DNA of 64,000 nt, taken from Chrysomallon squamiferum. Taxonomy: Eukaryota; Animalia; Mollusca. The DNA lies in assembly GCA_012295275.1 (NCBI GenBank), contig CM022670.1, positions 25,482,001-25,546,000 of the forward strand. The letters are read 5' to 3'. Below the pieces are notes generated by a model, which did not search any database, was not told the DNA's origin, and saw nothing but the letters and a program-made list of their open reading frames with translations. Positions 13,114 through 26,580 of this stretch are shown piece after piece (positions within the stretch are counted from its first letter, which is position 1; every line of letters begins with the position of its first letter). The position numbers were made by a program, and so were the translations under genes.

Positions 13114-13629
13114 TTTTACTTCAATTGTTTAACAAAGACTGCAAGCTGTTTTAATTTTTGTATTTTTTCATGAGAACGTTAGTTTCCTCTTTCTCCGGTT
13201 TACAGCAGTAGAATCTGTAAATAGAAAAAGAAAAAGAAAATCATTTCTATACAGCCTTTTGTATTATAATGCGCTCATTGGTTTTTCATTACCATCATTT
13301 TCAGACAGATATAGATGTAAAACAGTTTTTATAACAACAAGTATATGGAATTTTTCTTGTTCACGTGATAGGAATGGGGAGAAAATAATCCTCGCCCTTG
13401 CTAATCTGGCTGCTATCTGTTTGTGATCAGTTACAAAACAAATTTAATAAGCCATATACTCTACTTTATATTATATTATATTATATTATTGGGTGTTAGC
13501 AGACGAACGAAATGAACATATTCAGCACAAGATTTTCGATTCTGCTTCCATTTCTTTCTTTTGTTCTTTCTTTTTTTCTTTCTTTATTTACGAAAATACC
13601 AACAACTGACATATAACATTTCACAGTCC

Positions 13630-13975
13630 AACTAAATGGCAGTCGGAATCCGCATATTCTTTTGGAGGTTTTTGTCCTGTCTAGAGAAGCATTTATTGTT
13701 GTCGTATGTCAAGGTCAACTTGCTGGTATTTCCTACGTTATGTTGCCAACTTTCCACCAGCTCTTAATTGTAAAATTGTAGCTTTAACAAAGGCCTGCTC
13801 TTTCTAAATTAAATCTATAAATGCCAGCCTTCAGCATGATTCGTAGATTTGCATCGTAATGATTCCAGACTTTTTTTCCTGGACTTTCAATCAACGGTTG
13901 GGTGTCTTGGTTGATGAGCATAATGACAGTGGCTATTGCGCTGAAGCGTTCAGCCATATCACTTAATCCCTTACT
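13630..13975 (-). mobile_element. MULE/Mutator-like transposase C-terminal relic
   Basis: Broken frames read ...IESPGKKVWNHY...TNHAEGWH...KEQAFVKATILQLRAGGK...RRKYQQ. The TN..EGWH motif is typical of FLYWCH/MULE transposases. Confidence 0.7.
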
Positions 13976-16900
13976 AACCTCTACAGACTGCTGAGTTAGG
14001 TTATATCTTTCGTCTAGAGTAACTGAATCTTTTGTAAGCAGATTTTACACTTTATTTTATAGCACTTAAAGTAATAGAATTTTAAGAATAATATTGTTGT
14101 CTTTTTGTTTTGTTTTTTTTATTTGTAAATACGAACATAGTTATATTCATTAAATCATAAAAATCATTTTATTATTGGAAGTATCTGCTCTACACGGCTA
14201 GATTAGCACCATTTGGAGATGAATGTCAAACTGTAGCGAACGTCGAGTAAGAACTATTCCCAACACACGTTTTGCAATAAAACCAATTCTTGGTGGCATC
14301 ACTACGCTACCTGGTCAACCGTGGAAGCCATATCCGCACTTACAGTCGATCTGCAAATAGACGCATTACATACGTAACTATCCGAGTTATAATGAAGTAC
14401 TGTCTGATGAAAATTTAATTGGGGCAAAAGATCGACTGTTTTGTTCTACCTCGCGAAGCCGTAGTAAAGGAAGTATTTGAAACCTTCTCGTCCTTATCAG
14501 TTTAAATGATGCGAACAATTGCTTTGTAAGACCCTGTATTGTTATTTTGAACAGTCGCAGACATATTACCTCTTTTGTATTATTATACATTAAATTTAAA
14601 GATAATATTGGCATAAAAAAAATCTTAATTATTGTGCCCTAATGTTCTTGGTTTCTTAATTATATTTTCAAATTCATAAATATTCAGAAGCGGTAATATT
14701 ATACATTTAAACTGTTTCAAAGTACTCTGAATTCATAACAATAGCAATAGTAAAGTTGGAAATATCAATTGTCCAGCTTATTTGTATATACATACAAACA
14801 CACACAGACATACATACACATACGTAAACACACAAACACACACACACACACACATAAATATAGGGGTTCATTGTAATGCATAATACAAGGAAAGGCCTTA
14901 GGGATATTTTTATTTTGTATTATAATACAAATAATGTAACAAGTTTCAGTTCAGTGTGAAACTTGAATTATTCAGCAATTTTAAATGACTGAAAATTTCA
15001 TTAACTGTCTCTTGTTATTTTCAAAGGATATCGAATAGAAGAAATAAATAATATCTACCGTATTTCTTCTTTTCTTTTTGAAGAACAACGTGTATTATAT
15101 TGTTTATTAACTTTAAGAAATTTAAATATTATTTCTTTCAATTTTTATCATCTAGGATTGGGATGTTATTTTGTTTTATCATTAAAATTTATGGAATATC
15201 TGTGGATCGTTTATATATTTTATATATTTTTTTTTTTATAACGCTACAAAACTAGATTTTAACAACAAAAAAAATCACTCGAATTTATATTATTTCGTTT
15301 TTCTTTATTTTTTTTAATTATGCCCTTAAAATTGTATTTAAAAAAAAAATTGGTGGAGTGCATTGTTTAATAATAACGGTTTTGTTTCTTGTTTTTATTT
15401 TTATTTATTTATTTTTGAGTTGCTTTATTTTATTTTATTTATTTTTAATTTTAATTTTTTAAATTTTTGTTTGTTTTATTTTCTTCTTCCAAAAGTGCGA
15501 TCAATTTTGAAAATCAAAAGATTATGTTAGAATATTTTGAATATTTAAAAGCTTCTGTTAGATTCGTTCAATCACATACAAGGAGATTTGCAAAATCATC
15601 ATCCATATTCATCCCTTTACGTATTTCAAACCTTTGCCTTCTGAAAAGAAACTCTCGTTTTGTTCTAGTAAAGAAAGAAATCACCAGATCTGGGTCATGC
15701 TACTGTTTAACTTCGCAATGTTTATTTTCATAAGGCGTTGGTCACCCGAAGCTGTATTGTTATGAACGACAACATTATCTATTACAGGTATTTAATCAAC
15801 GTTATCACATTCAACAGGTTTTAAAAAATGTATGTACCTGTCAGCATTCAGAATATAACATCATCTTCACACTGTTCTCTAGTAAATGTTTAAGGAATTT
15901 TATTATAAATTAATTGTAATGAGTTTTACTTATATTTATTCATTTTAATCATCATAATGTGTGAGGATTTCTTCAGTTAATTAATGTAAACGTGTCTTCT
16001 AAATATGTTACAATACATAAATATGACAGCCGAAATTTGTATTAAAGTTTGTTTTGTTTTCTGTTTTATTAGAGCTTTAACTACGAGCAAGTGGTTAGAC
16101 ATTGTTCCAGTTTGTTATAATCATTTGGATTACAAAGATTTTAAAAATGGCAACTTTGATTGAGAATAAAAAAACAATATTACAGATAAAAGTGTGATAG
16201 CTGCAGTGTGGACTGAAAATGTGATTAATCCAAATTCAAAATAAAATCTAATTACGCAATACCTTGACTCTCAAGCCTTGAATCAGTTTTATTAGAATTT
16301 AAAATAATAATTATTTTCATTTACTTTTTAAAATGTATATATTTCTATAAAATAAATGTAAACAAATTATTTTATAATAAAGTATTGGTTTCAAATAGGT
16401 TTCAAATTTCTCCGCATATTAAAAAAATAGCCTAGCAGTGAATCATCCGTCTACTTAGATTTTAAAAACTGTTTTATTTGTAAAGAAAAATGAGTGTTAA
16501 CGTAACAAACTGTATGCATTATATATTATAATCATGGCGTTCTCTTTGGTGTCGTGTTGTTGATGCACAACCACAGGACACAAAAGTGAACGCCTACTTA
16601 AAATATAAATTTAGAAGAAAAAGAAAAGGTTCATTGAATTGTAGCGAGCTTGCAAGGAAGTTTCTAACCAGGCGATGTAAAAATCATTTGCTTACGCGAG
16701 ATGTAATTTCAAACAAATGCAACATTCTATAAAACAAATCGAATTATTTTAAGTTTTGCGACGTCTTTTATTATGAGAAGTGATTACTAATCGCATGAAA
16801 ACCAAAATTATCTTTCTTACTTTCAAATTTCTTTCACGAGCAAGTAAATTTCCTTACGTTTTTGTTAATTTTCGTCTTTCGCTCTCTCTAGTTTCTTTCA

Positions 16901-17906
16901 AGCTAAAGATTAAGGAAACACTGTTGTATAAAACTAGGCGTTTAAGATTTTGTTGTTTTCAGTATGATACAATCTCAGGCAACAAGTCGATGTATACATG
17001 TCAAGAATGTCCGTAAAGATTAACTTATATATTATATACATTCTATGATGTCCATTACTTTACTTATAAAATAAATAAATAAATAAACAAAGTAATTAAA
17101 TATAAAAATAATAATTATGATAAAAGGTATCTGTAACAATGAATAATAATTATAATAAAAGGTTATCTGTAACAATGACACTGTTCATAATAAAATATCA
17201 TTAGTTATATAATTATGAAAAGAAAAAAGGTTTATAAAATAAATCATTTTAGAACTCTATATTATCGTATTGTTTAAAATGAATATCTTAAAACTTGTAA
17301 TGTACACTGGGCAGAACATCATCATGCAGATGGTTCCTCAGAGTCATCAGTATTTCAAATACTGAAGTAAATTTAAATAAAACTGTTTATTTACACAATA
17401 TATTTATATATGTATGTGAGTGTGCGTGTGTGTGTCTGAGTGTGTGTGATAATATTTAAACGTATTATTATGGCTTCATAAAATTTTAAGGTTAGGAATT
17501 AAAACCAATTATTTATTGTTACATGATGGCAGGTGGCCAAGTATCTCGTATGTTATTTAAAGATTTTACTTACATTGATCTGGATTATGATCGGATTATT
17601 GATTGCACTCAAGCAGGCAAACAGCAAGAAGGGTTCTTGTTCCTAAACCTCGTCACTCTCATTTCTCACTAACACATAAATGCTTATATGTAGTGTAGGC
17701 CAAACTACATCCTTATAACGCATTGGACTGCATTCTCACTAGTAGAGTTAACTAATAATTAATTTTACTTCATTGATGGAATAATATATCCTGACAGCTG
17801 ACACAAAAGTGGAATCTTCTGAATATTACAACGGTTAGTATATCACAATAAAAATTCACACAAAAGGAAAATAGTAGAGTAAAGCCTTCAACACCCGACA
17901 CATACA

Positions 17907-18093
17907 CAGGCTGAGGATCCCGTATCCGAAATCCCGACATCCGAAAAGCTCCGAAATCCGAAACTTTTTCCGAACAGCAGAAATAATAATATCTTACAGT
18001 TTTCGGATTGGAGTTGACATTTAGACGTAGATTCTATTCTCATGCTCTCTCCTTATATTCCAAAATCCGAACTATTCCGAAATCCGAGACACT
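17907..18093. mobile_element. Tigger-like MITE, duplicate (right end truncated)
   Basis: Near-identical to 1428-1615. Further truncated copies at 43133-43193 and 58530-58590. Confidence 0.6.
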
Positions 18094-18777
18094 TAAATAA
18101 ATAAATAAATAAAAGAAATAGAGAAGTATTATATATTCCAAATATGGAAGAAAAAACTATTATCAAAATAAGATTTGAATGACCCTAGATGAGCAGCCTA
18201 AGAGCCATTCGTCAGCCAGAAAACGTGAAAACAACAGCAACGCAGTATCCTCCAAGGTTGTAACTTCATTGAATCAAATGAGGCAAATGCCTCCCACCGA
18301 AACTGACGATATTTCTTTATGTTTCTTTCTTTATTTCTTTATTTATGTGTGGTGTTTAGGATTAGGATCAAATTAAGTTTAAAAACAAAAAATTAGAAAC
18401 AAAAACAAACCAAATAATAAAAAAGAGAAATAACAAGACGAAACACATAACAAATAAAACAAAACAAAACAAAAAATCAACTTGGACTAACCAAAAAAAA
18501 CGCCTACTCTCCAAAACAAATTAACCCCGAAAGAAACACAACATCAACAACAACAATAATAAAAACTTTCGTCCACCCTTAAATGTAAAAATAAATGAGT
18601 CATCAACCAATGTATCTGACGACGAAGGGAAACACAACACGTAAATACCTCTGCCAAAACATAACAACAAAAAAAATAACAAAAAAAAAAAAAAGTAAAA
18701 AATAAAAACAAAAAAAAACAAAAAAAAAAAAAATTCGAACAACAAAAAAGAAGTACCATCTAAACTAATCAGTGCAA

Positions 18778-19433
18778 TTTTAGGATAACAACAAAGGGTT
18801 GACTTCCTTTTTCATCGTCGGAGTTAGCAAAGCCGCGAACCAGAGAGTTTCGACGCCTTTGTCTTATGCACTGAGATTGAACACTGATTTGATGTCCAAG
18901 TCCATGTCTGCAAAAACGTTTCCCCCCACTTTTTTCAGCATTCTATATCCCCATTTACAAATATATCGTCATCAATTTTGTTTTCTATCATCCATCTAAA
19001 AACATGTTTGCTGTGTATTTCCTGCACTATATCCCCATACACAACACTTTCGTTTTCTATATGTCAATCCAAAGAAGAAAACTATTCTTAAATTAACATT
19101 TTTAAAGGTATTTGTGCTGGCCCATGTTTCTCGAATTATTTTTCTTCTTTGAAAGTGATTAATTGCACTATGAACGATGATTCGAAAGGTGAGATTACTG
19201 GTATCTGAACAAACGTTACGATTATTTATGACATAGAGGGATTCGAGGGTCAGTGGGTATAAACTTCGTTTTGTTATTCGATGTAAGTCCCTGTTAGACT
19301 TCTCTTTTACTGCCTGAATGTTTTTGGCTTTATTTTCACAAGTCACTTTAATTTGAGAAAATGAAATAATAAATATGAGCACGGTTACGTGCAAAGCAAA
19401 TTGTTTTAATGGTTTACATTCTGTATGCATCAT
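18778..19433 (-). pseudogene. GT31 type A disrupted copy
   Basis: First about 126 codons nearly identical to 2836..3888. The rest is reduced to short colinear fragments by many deletions. The terminal KKEVNPLLLS* is retained. Confidence 0.85.
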
Positions 19434-20642
19434 TATTGGTAGTTTTCCGGCAAGAGATAAATTTTCTTTCTTTTCATGTCGATAGCTGTATGTTTCACAA
19501 TCACATAAATATTGTTTTCACGATAAGTGTTTAATCCAAAAGTGCTAGAATACCTTTTATACCTGTTTTTTGTTTTTTTCCTTTTTTTTCTTACGAAATA
19601 AGGTTATGAATTAAACGTTCTTCATCGTTTCATCTTTGAGTAATTTTGAAATATTATGTAATTTAAGGTGTGTTTCTTAAATCTTTTGTTCGGTTATTAG
19701 TTTTTCATGAAACTTGATATATCGGTGACACTGCTGTTATTCACTCTCTCCTGTGGCCGTATAAACATAATCATCTCATTTTAGCTCACCTATCGTGCTT
19801 CGTCAATAAGATTACTTTACAACCTCACAGCACCCGTGGTTGACTAACTCTGTAAAGAAGCTGTCTGCTGTTCTAAGTTATTGTTTGCTGCACGATGAAT
19901 TGATAAAATACTGTTTCTGCAAAAAACATAAAGAAATCGACAGTAAAACGCGGCGATTTGACAGGAATAATTTATGGCAGTTATTGAAATGAACTGTACA
20001 ACACATAGAGAGAATATTGAATAAAATAAACAAAAGCAAACCTATTTCATTTATATTTTCTGTCGTTACAGCACTTTTAAATTTTATATTTTTTTATATT
20101 TGTATAGATTTTTTTATGTATGCAAGTAACTACGTATGCAAATAACTAAGTAAACAGGTATTTATGTATGGATGTATGTATGTATGTATGTATGTGTATG
20201 CGAGTCTTTTCTGTATTTATATGCACGTGTGTATTTAAGCACTAACATACTAACATTTTAATAAAACTCCTCCTTTATTTTTTACAACAAATTTAGTTAT
20301 ATAAAAATATTTTGTATGAAATAACTACTGATAAACTAAAATAACAGAACATTTAATGAAAGAAAGAAAACAGTTTGATTTATCAGAAACCAGTTTAGAA
20401 AATTACAAAATCTAAAACCTACCTCAGTCTATAATTCTATTCTATTTAATCAAATTTAATGCGCACACGGGGTAGATCTTAAAGCAAAAAAATTAATGCG
20501 CCTGCGCAGGAAATGATTTTAAATCTAGGCGACAAAGCTGGAATGAAAGAATGCAAACAATGTTTATACCGACTGGTGAAAACAGAGTAGGAGATTAATG
20601 TCAGAACCACCGACAACTTCAGTTCACTGGATCTAAATTATG

Positions 20643-20684
<42 letters not shown>

Positions 20685-22230
20685 AGTAGAAATCAGTAAG
20701 TTGATGACACACACACACACAGACACAAACACACACATATACACACACACATACACACACACACACACACACACATATATAGCTAAAATGATACTACTAC
20801 CACTAATACTACTATTACTATTACTGCTACAACTATCACATTAATTTCTCAGTATGTGAATGATTATTATTTCTTTTGTTAAGCGTTGATTATAGAGTAT
20901 AGTGTGCTACTTCTTACTTGTTAAATTACGTTCACACGACGCAGTGAATATAAATGGCTTATTATGTTCTAAAATTGTAAGTGCTTATTAGTAATCCTGC
21001 AATAAATAAATCGACAAAATATTCAAGAGTTCTCACCCATTAATATGGTAGCATTAGCTTTGAATATTTTATTTGTCACATGCTGTTGCAAAGAAACCGG
21101 TCGTGAAAATTTTCTAGACACCTTTCTTCTTTTTTATTTTTTTTATTATTATTATTTTAGTTTCTCTTCTGTAAATAATAGCCATGATCAGTTTTTAACC
21201 GTCAAACGTACTGCAGTAACATTAAACAAGACCTTTTTTGATTTGTTACGTCAATGGCTATGATAAATTAAGTAAATTTAAAAAGAAGAAGAAAAGCTGT
21301 TATAAGACGAGCAGGCAATGACATTTTGATTAATAACATTAAATGGAATGAAAATAAATTTTGCAAGCTTGATTTTTATACGAAAGGAAGCCAATAATAT
21401 TCTGACTTTTTCGACACAGATAGAAGTAATGAATGAATGAATGAAAAAATATAATTGTTTTGTAGATATCAACAGCAACAAGGAGAACAACAAGAACAAT
21501 AATAACCTCAGCAACAACAACAACAAAAACAACAACAACAACAACAATAATAATAATAATAAAAAACAAAAAATAATAATAATAATAAAATAATGAATGC
21601 AAGAAAGGAGCCGTCGAAAACGTCAGCACAAACGTTCCTGCAGAAATGGCAATAAAATATATGTGCTTCCCGTTGTCAACCTTAAAAACAAAGTTTTGAT
21701 GTTCAAGGGAGACGACTCCTGAAATCAACAACATCTGATGTCTGCGCCTTTTTTGAATACTAAATTATTATTCTTGGGAAAAAATAAATAATAATAATAA
21801 AAAAACACTAACAACAACAACAACAACAACAATAATAAAAAAATATATAATAATGAAACATCTTCCTAAATCATAGCAACACAACAATGATAATCATAGG
21901 ATAATGAAATATTTATCTGAATAGAAATCTAAAATAAAATTAATATAAAATATATAAACAGTAGCAGACCAACATGAGTTATTATTATTATTATATATTT
22001 TTAAAATGATCCTAAATGATAATTATCAGCACTTCTAATGAAAACTGATACTATATCAACTACTGCAACAATTATTGTCACATTTTATTTTTCATCTAAT
22101 AATTACAATTTTATTTACAGGAATTCTATGATGAAGATAAAAATGAACAAATCCCATTATAATAATGGACGTCGCTCAAGAAAAGAAAGATTAGAGTCAC
22201 TTGAGAACTATTTCACCTACTTTAAACAAA

Positions 22231-23858
22231 ATGTACAGCCTGAAACCGTTCAGATCGAAGGAGTTTATATACCATATTGGATACCTGTTGTAATATTTTA
22301 TTATTGTTATGTGACAAGTCAACAGTTTAGGAGCCTGCCATGAAGGATATTTAACAATACACACGTTGTCTTGAAAAGCGCTGTTGAGAATCCTGACGGT
22401 ACTATCGATTTAGTTTTAGATGTTCCAGGCCCTTCAGAACGATTTCCAGAACTTTTCAGAAGAGGACAACTGAATCATCGAGAGGGTGTCCTGCCACCTA
22501 ACCAAATCAGTTTATTACAACAACACTGGGTTTTGGTTACGTGGGAGTTGGGTGGTGTGGGATTAACTTTGGTCACTCTATTGTATTCGTGTTATAGTCT
22601 GTATCAGTACCTCTGGACATCAGCGTTGTCCCTGAAAAAAAGATCCTTTCATTTCGACACAAGGAAACCCGGAGGAAAGACCATTCCATGCTATCTAATT
22701 ATTTTGCGGTATTCTATTCAATCATATGTACACACTCATCAACATCGCTGCGAGAGTACTGCTATTTTCTGAGCTATATTCACTTAATATCAACACGGAC
22801 AATAGCCCTTAATACCAATGTTAATTTTTCCTGAATTTTATTCACTCATATACACTCATCAGCATCACTACCAGAGTACTGCTATCTACTGAGCTATATT
22901 TACCTAAAATAAAAAACGGATCATAGCGCTTAATACCAATTTACTATCAAAACATTTGGCCCAGGTATCCCAACATCATTTAAACTATATGGGAAACAGA
23001 ATTTTTAAGTTTTAGGCTAGGTGGGAGTGAACCACCCAGACACAGGCTGCTGAGACGAATATTCCAAGAAGAAACTCAAAAGAACGCATTATCCATTAAC
23101 CATCGATTCTCCATACGTGTTGAATAATCCTAATGTGTGTACAAACGTAGACAATTTGAAATTCATAATTATTGTTCATAGTGCAACAGAGAACTTCCAG
23201 AGACGCAGAATTCTAAGAGAAATGTGGGCCAACAAGAACATGTTTATAACAATTAACTTAAGAATAGTGTTTTTATTTGGCTAAATTAAAGTAAAACAAA
23301 TACACCAAGAACACGAAAGTGTTGTGTATGGTGATATCGTGTAGTGAAACTTTTTAGACACCTATCACAATCTGACTCACAAGGGAGTGCTGCCTTTTAG
23401 ATGGAAACACGACTTCTCTCAAGAAGCTGAAATGGTTGTCAAAATAGACGATGATTGTTTCTTAATGATTTTGTGCTCTTGGAAAGATTTTACCCCAAAT
23501 TCAAGATAAAGAAACGCTATATTTTATGTCAGTTTCGAAAGAAAGGTACCAGTGCCATTGTAAGATGAGTGAGGAAATGGCACGTGGAGGAAAAGGAGTT
23601 TCGTAGTTGTTCACATTATCCTACCAACTACTGTAATGGCTACTTGGTATTGATATCACGTGACATCATACGGCGATTGTATCGAGCATCATATCTCACG
23701 CCCTTCTTTTGGGTTGACGATGTTTACCTGTACGGGTTACTTCCAGATAAAATAGGTCATGTTCACCATGAAGATATACGTTCGAATATGACGTTAAATT
23801 GAAATCTAGGACTTAAATGTTTCCCAGAAAAGAAAACTTTTTCATACTTGGTAGTAAA
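22231..23858 (+). pseudogene. GT31 type B pseudogene (copy 2)
   Basis: ATG at 22231. Insertion of about 0.57 kb in the stem, then KRTHYPLTIDSPYVLNNPNVC...IIVHSA. Stops TAG TGA at 23342-23347 are shared with copy 1. Further stops and frameshifts, 3' truncated. Confidence 0.9.
22475..23050. mobile_element. Non-autonomous insertion with sub-terminal inverted repeats and internal tandem cores (Helentron/pearl-like)
   Basis: Interrupts the type B CDS. CTCCCACCTAGCCAAAAACTT (8270-8290 in copy 1, degenerate at about 22490) is the inverse of AAGTTTTAGGCTAGGTGGGAG (23007-23027). Two cores of about 120 bp at about 22730 and 22851. Boundaries approximate. Confidence 0.5.
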
Positions 23859-23947
23859 CAAATCAGTGTGGAGAACATTTTTGTTATTATTGTATTCATT
23901 TTATGACATATTTGACTATGACGTTAATTAGGACAAATACAAATAAT

Positions 23948-24063
<116 letters not shown>

Positions 24064-24852
24064 TTAGAGTTTTTTTGTTTTTCAATTTTGTAAGCTCTAA
24101 AAACAAATAAGGAAGTACTATATCAAAAAAGTTCTAATCTCCACCTTTCTCCTTAAACAAACATTAACACAAGTGACGATTTTATTTTCTTCTTGTTTTC
24201 TTTAGTAGCAATTTCATGTCCTGTTTTTCAGTCCCAGCAAATTTCACATAACTACTAATCGAATATCTATTACATTATGACTGACCCTTTTCTCCAACAA
24301 CGAATAAAGTGAAATATAAATATGTCAAAATGTTCTTACCCCTTAGAATGAAAAACTATTTGTCTAACAAAGACTGTTTCTTTAGTAAAATACCTATTGT
24401 TCTCGTTTTCAAAGGATTGAAACAGAATAAATGTAGACAGATTATTATCTTGGATTTTATTTTCATTTCATTTAAAACACACACCGCTACAAGAAACAAA
24501 AACACTAATATTATGTGAAAAAGAAGAAGAAGAAGAAAAAAAGAAACCTGATGCCCTTTCAGCAGGATGATATCAGAAACATAATATTTTTGACAAACTG
24601 ACACAATAAATACATAGTCAGTGACGAAAAGATGAGAGACGGAGAGACTCCTATGAATATTTATTTTAAACATACATTTATATTAACAATTATGAAATGT
24701 CATATTTTCTCTGAAATATAGTAATAACAACATGAAGGTTATTTATTTATTTATTTATTTATTATTTTTTTACAACAAGAGTATTATTATCAAAAATATT
24801 ATGTACAGTCTATTATATATTAATATAAAAATAAAAAGAAGATAATGTTCTA

Positions 24853-26010
24853 TTAGTTTCCCACTGTGGAAGTAACATTATGATAGAACACTACTGGATT
24901 CACCTCATTTTTCATTTCAGGTCCAAGCTGAGACACTGCTGCGAACCAAATCTTTTCGACGGCTTCGATCTTTTTCCCAGCAAGCACAGCCAAATAAGAA
25001 CAGTTTCTGGTTTTCGTGTAGCAGTCGAGACCAACATTAACCTTCATGACCACGATTGGCAGAATGCTTTCAAACGTCACATTACCCACCTTGTTTGGAA
25101 GCATTCCAAACAAGTAAAGATCATCTATCCAAAAGAACGGAGTTATGTAAGCAGCTTGATATAGCGGATATATTAGGTCACTCGATATAAAAACTAGGTA
25201 GCCCATGCAATAGTCAAATGGATATTTGACATAGCCACGAAATATTTTCTTGTCCACAACCCATTTAGTTTTCCTTCTGTGGATGTGGTTGGCTCCTTTC
25301 TTTCGAAGGGGACAAAACATGGAACGTTTACTCGAAATTAATTTAGGATAAAACTTGTCCATTAGAATGAAAACGTTGAGAAATATGTCGTCATCTACTT
25401 TGACAATCATTTCGGCTTCTTGACAAAATTCATGTATCCATCTGAAAGCGAGAACTCCTTTGTGAGTCAGATTGTGATATGTGTCAAGGAAATTTCCCTG
25501 CACAATATCACCATACACAACACTTTCTTTTTCTATCAGCTTCTGTATGCTTTGGGTCTTCGGTATTCCAAAGAAAAACACTATCCTGAACTGAAATTTA
25601 GGAAATATATTTCTGTTGGCCCACGTTTCTCGAATTATTCTGCGATTTCTAACATTTGTCGTCGCACTGTGGACAATGATTAGAAACTTTAAGTTTGTCA
25701 CATTTACACAGATACTGGGATTGTTTATTATGTAATGTGATTCGAGAGTCAGTGCATACTGTGTTCGCTTTGAGATTTTTATGAAGCTAGTAGCATTAAT
25801 TTCATTTTCTTTTGCAGTGGCTACTCTTTTGTCAGTATGATTTAACACTGGTACACCAGTAGTAATATTTACCTTCAAAAGGAGATGTTTCGTCATATAT
25901 TTGCTGTTGAGAAATATATATCCATAGTTAATATAAAGTGAAAAATAATTTATTATCAATAATAACAGAATGAAAGGGACAGCGAAATGAATTCCTTTGG
26001 TCTGTACCAT
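24853..26010 (-). CDS. GT31 beta-1,3-galactosyltransferase-like protein, type C (385 aa, intact)
   Basis: Same motif set; KVDDD, YPFDYCMG, FWIDDLY. Confidence 0.95.
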   Translation of the reverse strand: MVQTKGIHFAVPFILLLLIINYFSLYINYGYIFLNSKYMTKHLLLKVNITTGVPVLNHTDKRVATAKENEINATSFIKISKRTQYALTLESHYIINNPSICVNVTNLKFLIIVHSATTNVRNRRIIRETWANRNIFPKFQFRIVFFFGIPKTQSIQKLIEKESVVYGDIVQGNFLDTYHNLTHKGVLAFRWIHEFCQEAEMIVKVDDDIFLNVFILMDKFYPKLISSKRSMFCPLRKKGANHIHRRKTKWVVDKKIFRGYVKYPFDYCMGYLVFISSDLIYPLYQAAYITPFFWIDDLYLFGMLPNKVGNVTFESILPIVVMKVNVGLDCYTKTRNCSYLAVLAGKKIEAVEKIWFAAVSQLGPEMKNEVNPVVFYHNVTSTVGN

Positions 26011-26107
26011 TTTCGGTTAATTTATTTAACAAAGACTGCAAGTTGTATTAATTGAATTTTTCATGAGAACGTTAGTTTCCTCTTTCTTCGGTTTACAGCA
26101 GTCGAAT

Positions 26108-26249
26108 CTGTATATAAAAATAAAAAGGAAGTCATTTCTGTTCAATCTTTTTTATTATAATGCTCTCACTGGTTTTTTATTACGATCATTCTCAGACACA
26201 TATAGATGTATAACTGCTGATATTTTATGACTGTAATCAAATGTGAATA

Positions 26250-26284
<35 letters not shown>

Positions 26285-26414
26285 ATAATAATAAATAAAT
26301 AAATAAATAAATAATACCCACATCACCATCATTCTCAGAGACATATACATGTGTAACTGGTGATATTTTATGACTATAATCAAACTTGAATATAAATAAT
26401 AATAATAATAATAA

Positions 26415-26446
<32 letters not shown>

Positions 26447-26580
26447 ACCCACATAAGTATATTTATGGGAAAGAAGCTCCACTCTACTTTTTTATGATAT
26501 TGAATCAAAATATATGATAAACGAATAGTCTTTCTTAAAGGTTTGCCAAATAATTAGTTTAATTCTATAATAACACTTAC
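26108..26580 (-). other. Putative 5'UTR intron of type C gene
   Basis: Donor CAA|GTAAGT at 26580 and acceptor TTTTTATATACAG| at 26108. Equivalent sites at 33519 and 32974. Confidence 0.45.

Noticed and set aside
15540-15800. Locally higher-complexity segment, possible exon or TE relic
   Set aside because: The frames I read contain stops or give no recognisable motif; cannot be supported without a search.
22038-22772. ORFs 22038..22343 and 22371..22772 as separate genes
   Set aside because: Chimeric read-throughs of intron/UTR, the frameshifted type B N-terminus and the inserted element.
24880-25683. Recurrent antisense ORFs inside type C genes (also 31804, 32288, 39137, 54553)
   Set aside because: Shadow frames that recur only because the sense genes are near-identical; mostly non-ATG starts.
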